This document shows, piece after piece, positions 57,277 through 64,000 of a DNA stretch of 64,000 nt (within the stretch, counting starts at the first letter, position 1; each line of letters opens with the position of its first letter). Both the position numbers and the translations under genes were made by a program. The DNA lies in contig OZ242040.1 in the NCBI GenBank assembly GCA_965205095.1, positions 3,116,176-3,180,175 on the forward strand, in the 5' to 3' direction. The notes beneath the pieces are model-generated. The model was given only the letters and a program-made list of their open reading frames with translations. It was not told where the DNA came from and searched no databases. Source of the DNA: Candidatus Multivorans sp. (GTDB taxonomy: Bacteria; Acidobacteriota; Thermoanaerobaculia; Multivoradales; Multivoraceae).

Positions 57277-60200
57277 TCAGGGCCGGAACTGCGTCGCCCG
57301 CGGCTTGAGTCGCGCCGGCTGCGAGACGACCTTCCACGCCATCTCGAGCCACTCGCAGATCATCCTGCGTGTGTCGCGCGGGTCGATCATCTCCTCGATC
57401 TGGAAGCGGGAGAGTGGTCCGACCGGGCCGCGGGCGCCTTCGATTCTCGCCATGAGCTCTTCCCGGAAGGCCCTCGGGTCTTCGGCTTCGGCGAGCTGGC
57501 GTTTGTAGGCGGCTTCGATGCCGCCTTCGGGCGGGATGCCGCCGGTGTCGGCGGCGGGCCAGACGACGCGCATGGAGGGTTGTGCGCGCGGGGTCGCGTA
57601 GTTGTTGCCGGCGACGCCGAAGCTGCGGCGCATGATGACGGTGAAGACGGGGACGGTGGCCTGGGCGAAGGCGATCATCCACTGGCCGCCCCAGCGGATC
57701 GTGCTGGTGATCTCGTGTTCGAGTCCGACGGCGAAGCCGGGGTTGTCGACCAGGTTGAGGATCGGCACGTGGAAGAGGTCGCAGAGGTCGAGGTGGCGGA
57801 TCAGCTTGCGGCAGCCGTCGGCCGTCAGCGCGCCGCCGTTCGCGTGCTGGCTGTCCGAGGCGATGACGCCCATCGGATGGCCGTTCATGCGGATGAAGCC
57901 GGTGACCTGGTCGGTGCCCCAGAGCGGGCCGATCTCGAAGAACGAGTCGCGGTCCGCCATCAGGCGGATGGCGCGGCGGACGTCGAACGTCGCCGTGCGC
58001 TTGCGCGGGATCAGGCGGAACAGCTCCTCGTCGCGCCGGTCGGGCGGGTCGCTCGGGTCGGCCTCCGCTGTGGGCGGCGCTTCGAAGACGGAGGAGGGCA
58101 GGTAGGAGAGGAAGCGTCGGGTGAGCGCCATCGCCTCCTCCTCGGTTTCCGCCAGGTTGTCCACCGAGCCGTTGCGGCAGTGGATGTGCCAGCCACCGAG
58201 ATCTTCCTTGGTGATGTCGTAGCCCATCGCGGGGCGGACGACCGGCGGTCCGGCGACGAACAGTTGCGCGATGTCGCGCACCATGACCGAGAAGTGGCCG
58301 AGCACCGCCTTGGCGGCACCGATGCCGACGACGCTGCCGAGCAGCAGGTTGACGACCGGCACGGTGCTCAGTTGCTCCGTGTACATCGTGCTGCCGAGGT
58401 GGCCCGGCAGGAAGGAGCCGCCCGCGCCGGCGACCCGGGGCCGTCCGGCCTTGATCGCGCCGCGGCTCTCCTTCGCCGTGCTTTCGCCCTCCTTCTGCTG
58501 CTGCGGCACCATCGCCGCGACGCTGCCGCCGCCGGAGGAGCCGTCGAGCAGGCGGATCGAGGGGACGCGCATCTCGACGGCCAGGAGATCGAGATGGCGG
58601 CTTTTCTGGCCGATGGCGCCGTCCGCGTGGCCGCCGCGGGAGGTGAAGTCGTCGGCGCAGACGACGGCGGTGCGGCCCTCGATCCGGCCCCATCCGCCGA
58701 CGTGGTTCGCCGGCGTGAAGTCGACGATCGCGCCGCTGTCGTCGTAGGACGCGAAGCCGGCGATGCTGCCGATCTCGTGGAAGGAGCCCTCGTCCAGCAG
58801 GAGGTCGATGCGCTCCCGGCAGGTCAGCTTGCCGCGGCTGCGCTGCCGCACGACGCCGCGCTCCTCGGATCCGGGCGCCAGGCGCTTGTGCGCCAGGGCC
58901 TGCATCGTGGCCACGTCCTCGAGCATCGGTGCCCACGAGTCCTCGGCTTCGTCGGCCCGGGCAGCCGCCACGCCTTCGGCCGGTGCGATGGCCGCCACGA
59001 CCTGGCCCGCCTCCACCGTGTCGCCCGGTTGCAGCGGCTGGAGGGCGGCCACCCGGCCGTCGCAGGGCGACGCGACGGCGGACTCCATCTTCATCGCGCT
59101 CACGACGAGCAGCGTCTCGCCGGCGGCGACTTCTTCGCCGTCCGTCGCGCGCACTTCGAGGACCGAGCCTGCCATCGGGCAGGCGACGGCCTGCTGGCCG
59201 GGTTCGACGGCGAGTTCGGCGGAGGCCGCCTTCACCGCCGGCTGCGTCCCCGCTCCGCTGGCGACGGAGAGGCCCATCACGGTCGCCTGCTGCCGCAAGA
59301 GGGTCATGGCGCCGTTGGCGGTCGCGATGCCGGGGTCGGCCGAGAGCAGATCGGGGTTCTCCTCCAGCAGCGTGGTCCGGGCATCGCCGGCGCGGACGGC
59401 CGGGTGCGCGAGGATCGCCTTGAGTTGGTCGAGGTTCGTGGCGAGTCCGCCGACGTGGAACTCCGAAACGGCGCGCCGCACGCGCTCCGCGGCGGCGGTG
59501 TAAGACACGGTGCCGGGACCGAACGAGGAGGAGCTCGTGGCCGTCACCTTGGCGAGCAGCGGATCGAACTGGGGCGGAGGCGAGTAGCCGACATAGCCGC
59601 AGCCGTCGACTCGCACGCCGGGGCCGGCGGGTTCCTTGTACGCGCTGAGCGTTCCGGCGCCGCGGGCGACCACCCGGGCCTGGACGGCGAAACCCCGGGG
59701 TTCTCCGACCGCCGTCTGGTCGCCGAGGCCCAGGGAATCGAGGGTGGCGCCGGCGGCGACCTGGAACTGCGCCTCCACGAGGTCGAAGCCCGTGACCTGC
59801 TCGGTCACCGTGTGCTCGACCTGGATGCGGGCGTTGCACTCGATGAAGAAGTGCTCGCCGGTCTCGGGGACGACCAGGAACTCGACCGTGCCGGCATTGA
59901 CGTAGCCGGACGTCTCGATCAGTGTGACCGCATCGGAGAGGAGGCGGTTCCGCAGATCGGAGTCGAGTCCGGGCGCGGGCGCGATCTCGATCACCTTCTG
60001 GTTGCGCAACTGGACCGAGCAGTCCCGCTCGTGCAGATGAACGGCGTTGCCGTTCGCGTCGGCGAGGACCTGGACCTCGATGTGCCGTGGACGCTCGATC
60101 AGCTTCTCGACGAACAGCGAGCCGTCGCCGAACGCCGCCTCGGCCTCGCTTCGGCAGCGTTCGAAGGCCTCGGCCATCGCATCCCTGGACCGCACCGTGC

Positions 60201-60720
60201 GCATGCCGCGGCCGCCGCCGCCGGCTGCCGCCTTCAGCATGACGGGATAGCCGAGCAGATCGCCGAGTTCGCGCGCTTCGTCCGCCGACGCGACCGGTCC
60301 GTCGCTGCCGGGAACGACCGGGATATCGAGGGAAGCCGCGAGCTGGCGGGCCCGCACCTTGTCGCCGAACAGGGAGAGGACGGCCGGCGGCGGGCCGACG
60401 AAGACGAGGCCCGCCGCCGCGCATCGCTCGGCGAAGTCCGCGTTCTCGGCCAGGAATCCGTAGCCCGGGTGGACGCAGTCGCAGCCGCTGCCGAGGGCGG
60501 CGGCGACCAGATCCTCGGCGTCGAGATAGGCGGCGACGGGATCGTCGGGTGCGCCGTTGCCGATCTGCAGCGCCACCGTCGTCAGCCGCGTGTGGAGCGA
60601 CAGGGAGTCGGCGGCGGGGTAGACGCCGACCGACTCGATACCCAGGGCCTCCGCCGCCTTGGCGATACGGATGGCGATCTCGCCGCGGTTGCTGATCAGG
60701 ACCCGTTCGAGGTTGGCCAT
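57277..60720 (-). CDS. Single-chain multidomain acyl-CoA carboxylase (biotin carboxylase, BCCP and carboxyltransferase fused)
   Basis: 1147 aa. N-terminal BC domain (MANLERVLISNRGEIAIRIAKAA...), biotinyl motif SAMKMES mid-protein, and a C-terminal carboxyltransferase domain of about 520 aa (acyl-CoA carboxylase beta-like). Confidence 0.85.
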   Translation of the reverse strand: MANLERVLISNRGEIAIRIAKAAEALGIESVGVYPAADSLSLHTRLTTVALQIGNGAPDDPVAAYLDAEDLVAAALGSGCDCVHPGYGFLAENADFAERCAAAGLVFVGPPPAVLSLFGDKVRARQLAASLDIPVVPGSDGPVASADEARELGDLLGYPVMLKAAAGGGGRGMRTVRSRDAMAEAFERCRSEAEAAFGDGSLFVEKLIERPRHIEVQVLADANGNAVHLHERDCSVQLRNQKVIEIAPAPGLDSDLRNRLLSDAVTLIETSGYVNAGTVEFLVVPETGEHFFIECNARIQVEHTVTEQVTGFDLVEAQFQVAAGATLDSLGLGDQTAVGEPRGFAVQARVVARGAGTLSAYKEPAGPGVRVDGCGYVGYSPPPQFDPLLAKVTATSSSSFGPGTVSYTAAAERVRRAVSEFHVGGLATNLDQLKAILAHPAVRAGDARTTLLEENPDLLSADPGIATANGAMTLLRQQATVMGLSVASGAGTQPAVKAASAELAVEPGQQAVACPMAGSVLEVRATDGEEVAAGETLLVVSAMKMESAVASPCDGRVAALQPLQPGDTVEAGQVVAAIAPAEGVAAARADEAEDSWAPMLEDVATMQALAHKRLAPGSEERGVVRQRSRGKLTCRERIDLLLDEGSFHEIGSIAGFASYDDSGAIVDFTPANHVGGWGRIEGRTAVVCADDFTSRGGHADGAIGQKSRHLDLLAVEMRVPSIRLLDGSSGGGSVAAMVPQQQKEGESTAKESRGAIKAGRPRVAGAGGSFLPGHLGSTMYTEQLSTVPVVNLLLGSVVGIGAAKAVLGHFSVMVRDIAQLFVAGPPVVRPAMGYDITKEDLGGWHIHCRNGSVDNLAETEEEAMALTRRFLSYLPSSVFEAPPTAEADPSDPPDRRDEELFRLIPRKRTATFDVRRAIRLMADRDSFFEIGPLWGTDQVTGFIRMNGHPMGVIASDSQHANGGALTADGCRKLIRHLDLCDLFHVPILNLVDNPGFAVGLEHEITSTIRWGGQWMIAFAQATVPVFTVIMRRSFGVAGNNYATPRAQPSMRVVWPAADTGGIPPEGGIEAAYKRQLAEAEDPRAFREELMARIEGARGPVGPLSRFQIEEMIDPRDTRRMICEWLEMAWKVVSQPARLKPRATQFRP

Positions 60721-60833
60721 GTGAGGTGGTTTCCCGGCATGTGAGCCGATGCCATGGTGGTGCGGGAGGTCAGGAGGATACAGGCGGCGGCGCTACAATC
60801 CGCCGCTCTTCCCGGACCGCCCCGGTCCGTTCG

Positions 60834-61328
60834 ATGGATCCGATGGCCTTCACCTTCCGCACCGCCACGGACGCTGACGCTGCGGCGCTCGTCGCGCTCG
60901 TCAACGACGCCTTCGAGGTCGAGGCGGACACCCTGACCGGCGACCGGATCGGGCTTCCGGACGTGATGGAGCGGCTCGAACGCGGCTCGTTCCTCGTGTG
61001 TGACGCGGACGCGAACGGACTGGCGGGCTGCGTTTACGTCGAGTTGCGTGGCGAGACCGGTTACCTCGGTCTGGTGTCCGTTGCGTCCACGCGGCAGAGC
61101 CTCGGGCTGGGCCGCGACCTGATGGCCGCGGCCGAGGGCTGGTTGCACGAAGCTGGCTGCAGCGTTTGCCAGCTCTGGGTGCTCAGCAGCCGGCCGGAAC
61201 TGCTCGCCTGGTATGGCCGGCGGGGTTACCGCGTGGTTCGGAAGGAACCGTTCGAGGCCGTCAACCCGCCGCCGACGAGAAGGCCGCTTCGCCCGGTTCA
61301 CTTCGAGATCATGGAGCGTCCTCTGTGA
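60834..61328 (+). CDS. GNAT-family N-acetyltransferase
   Basis: ATG at 60834. YLGLVSVASTRQSLGLGRDLMAAAEGW contains the acetyl-CoA-binding R/Q-x-x-G-x-G/A motif. Confidence 0.8.
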   Translation: MDPMAFTFRTATDADAAALVALVNDAFEVEADTLTGDRIGLPDVMERLERGSFLVCDADANGLAGCVYVELRGETGYLGLVSVASTRQSLGLGRDLMAAAEGWLHEAGCSVCQLWVLSSRPELLAWYGRRGYRVVRKEPFEAVNPPPTRRPLRPVHFEIMERPL

Positions 61329-61958
61329 CTACGGCTCCCTGAGCGCGTCGTAGAGATCGAGCAACTGGCGCCGGAAGCGACGTTCCTGGATCTGGTCCTC
61401 GAGCAGGCGCCTGAAGTCGTCCCTCGAGGTCAGGTAGCGGCCCATCTGCGATACGAGTGAGAACTTCTCGGTGTCCGCGAAGCGGGCGTCGAGTTCGAGC
61501 AGGGCGTCGTAGTAGTCGAAGTCGTTCTTGATCAGGTCGGTCTCCCCGGCTTCGGCCATGACCAGGGCGACCCGGTGGTAGGGCGCCACGAGCGACCTCG
61601 TCGATCCGGGAGTCTCGTGAGCGACGATCTTCACCTCGTCGCCGACGGCGAACCGGTCGCGCAGTTCTCGTCCGGTGAGCGGCCGTTTCGCGCAGTTCCC
61701 GTCCGTCGTTTCGACGGTCACCGCGTAGCGCGAGCGGGGCCGGGGCAGATGAACGGCCTCTTCGACCTGGACTTCGAGCTGGAAGGCGCCGCCGTCTTCC
61801 AGGGGCAGCGCGGCCGCCTCGGTCACGAAGCCGCGGAAGACGTAGATGTCCTGGGGGAAGAGGCCGTGGAGTTCGGGACCGGGGCAGTCTCGGGCGTTTG
61901 CGGCGCCGGCGGTCAGGGCCGCGAACAGTGCGACGGCGCCGATCGCGGCTCTGCTCAT
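61329..61958 (-). CDS. Secreted hypothetical protein
   Basis: ATG at 61958 overlaps the MATE stop (ATGA). Signal peptide MSRAAIGAVALFAALTAGAANA. No family recognised. Confidence 0.5.
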   Translation of the reverse strand: MSRAAIGAVALFAALTAGAANARDCPGPELHGLFPQDIYVFRGFVTEAAALPLEDGGAFQLEVQVEEAVHLPRPRSRYAVTVETTDGNCAKRPLTGRELRDRFAVGDEVKIVAHETPGSTRSLVAPYHRVALVMAEAGETDLIKNDFDYYDALLELDARFADTEKFSLVSQMGRYLTSRDDFRRLLEDQIQERRFRRQLLDLYDALREP

Positions 61959-63397
61959 GCGGGCTCCGCCGCCTTGGCCGCCGGGTCCACTGCCAGTTCG
62001 CGGGCGCCGCCGGAAGCGTCGAGGGGAGACTCGCCGCTGCCTATCCTCGCAATCGCCTGGCGCAGGCCGGCCGCGAGCCAGACGAGGGCGATCGAGGCCG
62101 AGATGACCGTGCCGATCAGGGACGAGTACCAGACCCACTGCACCGGTCCGCGCAGCCAGAAGGTTGCCGCCCAGGCCAGCGGGGCGCTGATCAGGATGAC
62201 CCGCAGCAGGGACAGCCAGAGCTCCGGAGAGCCGCGGCCCAGTCCCTGCAGGCTGCGGCCGGTGAGGATCGAGACGCCGATGAAGGGATAGGCGAAGACG
62301 ACCACTCGCAGGTAGTCGACGCCCAGGGAGCGGATACCGGGACTGTCGGTGAAGAAGGCGACGAGACCGGGAGCGAGCACGTAGAAGGCGGCGGCAATCG
62401 CGATGCTGAGCAGGATCGTTCGCACCATCGCGTACTGGACGATCTCCCGCAGCAGATCGCCGCGGCGCGCGCCGTAGAACATGCCGACCAGGGTCACCAG
62501 GCCGGAAGCGACCGCGACCTGGGGCAGGATGACGACGTGGTCGAGGCGGCTGCCGATCTGAAGCGCGGCCACCGCGTCGGGCGTGTGCTCGACCAGGATG
62601 CGGTTGAGCACGCCGCCGCCCAGCGACATGACCAGGAACGACAGCGAAGCGGGCAGGCCGATGACGCAGATGCTGCGAATGATCGCGCTGTCGTAGCGGA
62701 AGTTCCCGAGGTCGAAGCGGACGTAGGAGAGCTTGGCCACGAACAGGAGGTAGACGAAGGTCACGGCGGCCGCCGCCTGGCTGACGATCGTCGCCAGGGC
62801 GGCGCCGGCGACGCCCATGCCGAAGGTGAAGATGAACAGCGGGTCGAGGGCGATGTTCAGCACGGTGGCGGCGCCCTGGACCATGACCGGCGTCTTCACG
62901 TTGCCTTCGCCCGAGAGGATCGACCGGAAGAAGACGGCCAGGATCATGAAGGGATAGCCGCAGGCCAGTACGCGGAAGTAGCTCCAGGCCTGGGGTACGA
63001 GTTCGGCCGGCACGCCGAGCGCGTGGAGCAGGGGAATGCCGAAGACGAGTGCGGAACCCGTCGTCAGGGCGGCGACCAGGGCGCCGATCAGCACCGAGTG
63101 CTCGGCGGCCCGGTCGGCGCGCACCCGGTCGCGGGCGCCGATGGCCTGAGCGATCACCGCGGTGATGCCGGTGCCCAGGCCGAAGGTCACGCCCATCGCC
63201 AGGAACACGAGCGGCATGTTGAAGGCGAGGGCGGTCAGCGCCTCCGGGCTCACCCGGCCGACGAAGAACATGTCGACGATCATGTAGAGCGTCTGGATCG
63301 ACATGCCGATCAGGATCGGCATCGCCAGCAGCCACAGCGCCCGCCGCGGATTCTCGACGAAGCGGTCGAGACGATCGGCCCCCGGTCGCTCCTGCAT
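61955..63397 (-). CDS. MATE-family efflux transporter
   Basis: 480 aa, about 12 TM in two similar halves. The N-terminal LLAMPILIGMSIQTLYMIVDMFFVGRVSPEALTAL is typical of MATE (NorM/DinF-like). Confidence 0.85.
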   Translation of the reverse strand: MQERPGADRLDRFVENPRRALWLLAMPILIGMSIQTLYMIVDMFFVGRVSPEALTALAFNMPLVFLAMGVTFGLGTGITAVIAQAIGARDRVRADRAAEHSVLIGALVAALTTGSALVFGIPLLHALGVPAELVPQAWSYFRVLACGYPFMILAVFFRSILSGEGNVKTPVMVQGAATVLNIALDPLFIFTFGMGVAGAALATIVSQAAAAVTFVYLLFVAKLSYVRFDLGNFRYDSAIIRSICVIGLPASLSFLVMSLGGGVLNRILVEHTPDAVAALQIGSRLDHVVILPQVAVASGLVTLVGMFYGARRGDLLREIVQYAMVRTILLSIAIAAAFYVLAPGLVAFFTDSPGIRSLGVDYLRVVVFAYPFIGVSILTGRSLQGLGRGSPELWLSLLRVILISAPLAWAATFWLRGPVQWVWYSSLIGTVISASIALVWLAAGLRQAIARIGSGESPLDASGGARELAVDPAAKAAEPA

Positions 63398-63516
63398 CGG
63401 CGGAGGTTATCCCGGGCTTTCGGGCCATGAGTGGCGCGCGGATCAGAGGGGCTTCTTGCTGTATAGTCTGCGGCCAACTGCACCCCAAGCCACGCCAAGA
63501 AGGCACAGGAGGTCCC

Positions 63517-64000
63517 ATGTCCCGACCCGCTCCGTCCACCCTGGTCGCGCTGACCAGCTTCGCGGTTCTCGCGCTTGTCGCGTCCGCGACCCTCGCGGCC
63601 GCTCCGAACGCGAACAACCTCGACGCGCCGCTGACCGTCTACACAGGCTCGGTCGTCGGCAGCGACGGCGAGCCGATCCGGGGCGCCACCGTGTCGCTGT
63701 TCTCGACCGACGAGCAGCGCAGCATCTCGGTCTACAGCCAGCCGGACGGCACCTACAAGCTGCCCGCCGTTCCCTCCGGCAAGTACAAGCTCCGCGTCCG
63801 CCTGATGGGCTGGCTCGACGAGTGGAAGGATCTCAAGGAAACGACCGAGCCGACGCCGATCCAGGTCCGGCTGCGCCAGGCCGAGGGCTGGGCGCTCCAG
63901 TCGCAGCGCCCGGCGCACGACCTGATGAACATGCTGGAGTGGGAGGACGAGGCGGACGCGCTGAACTTCAAGATGATGTGCGCCTACTGCCACCAGGTCG
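63517..64000 (+). CDS. Secreted protein, partial (carboxypeptidase-regulatory-like beta-sandwich followed by a CxxCH haem-binding motif); continues past the window end
   Basis: ATG at 63517 with AGGAGG upstream. Signal peptide, then VVGSDGEPIRGATVSLFS...DGTYKLPAVPSGKYKLRV (CarboxypepD_reg-like) and CAYCHQ at the window edge. My own translation; not in the track. Confidence 0.55.
   Translation, partial: MSRPAPSTLVALTSFAVLALVASATLAAAPNANNLDAPLTVYTGSVVGSDGEPIRGATVSLFSTDEQRSISVYSQPDGTYKLPAVPSGKYKLRVRLMGWLDEWKDLKETTEPTPIQVRLRQAEGWALQSQRPAHDLMNMLEWEDEADALNFKMMCAYCHQV

Noticed and set aside
56522-60424. 1300-aa minus-strand ORF overlapping the carboxylase gene. Similar giant ORFs occur at 26203..29574 (-), 19781..22627 (+), 22507..24603 (-), 18637..20523 (-), 29551..31560 (+) and 37228..39681 (+).
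   Set aside because: Their translations are dominated by R, G, P and A with no recognisable motifs. Each overlaps a gene in another frame or strand that has clear family signatures. These are classic shadow ORFs of GC-rich DNA.

Overview
GC-rich bacterial chromosomal segment (roughly two-thirds G+C by eye, not computed), densely coding on both strands. The genetic code looks standard: TGA, TAA and TAG each terminate otherwise convincing ORFs. I recognised no rRNA, tRNA, CRISPR array, integrase or transposase.

Backbone genes are mostly transport and metabolism:
- a BoxC-like crotonase fragment at the left edge
- a PotA-type ABC importer with two tandem paralogous lipoprotein binding proteins
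- two divergent pcm paralogs, a threonine-dehydratase-family PLP enzyme, an MFS transporter and a di-haem cytochrome c peroxidase
- HAD hydrolase, SAM methyltransferase, and an amidase plus MamK-family actin pair
- an OMF-MFP-RND efflux operon followed by a D-aminoacylase
- a long minus-strand string: VOC, GH20-like, VapBC, GyrI-like, galactokinase, crotonase
- RecD2, an ActP-type symporter with its DUF4212 partner, an LpxL-type acyltransferase, sulfatase, CoaA and Prx5
- a Fec/Btu-type ABC importer, MaoC, threonine aldolase and Ppx
- a single-chain BC-BCCP-CT carboxylase, GNAT, MATE, and a partial secreted CxxCH protein at the right edge

Accessory content sits in two islets that look lower in GC.
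- Islet 1 (about 8.3-15.9 kb): a large-subunit type III-like restriction-modification pair. Its mod gene carries both an in-frame TAA and a 21-nt G:C homopolymer. A tentative HicB/HicA-like pair lies upstream.
- Islet 2 (about 51.4-57.2 kb): VapBC, a decayed higB next to an intact higA, and a McrB-like/McrC-like pair. That pair is preceded by a frameshifted ribbon-helix-helix gene whose stop overlaps the McrB start. An 800-bp spacer follows, holding a 47-codon hydrophobic ORF, a hairpin cluster and a 175-bp element bounded by perfect 34-bp inverted repeats.

I see no clearly novel multi-gene system. The best candidates for follow-up are the possibly phase-variable mod gene, the RHH-McrBC module with its structured spacer, and the inverted-repeat element. 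Many long ORFs in the supplied track are GC-driven shadow frames, rich in R, P, G and A, and were not annotated.
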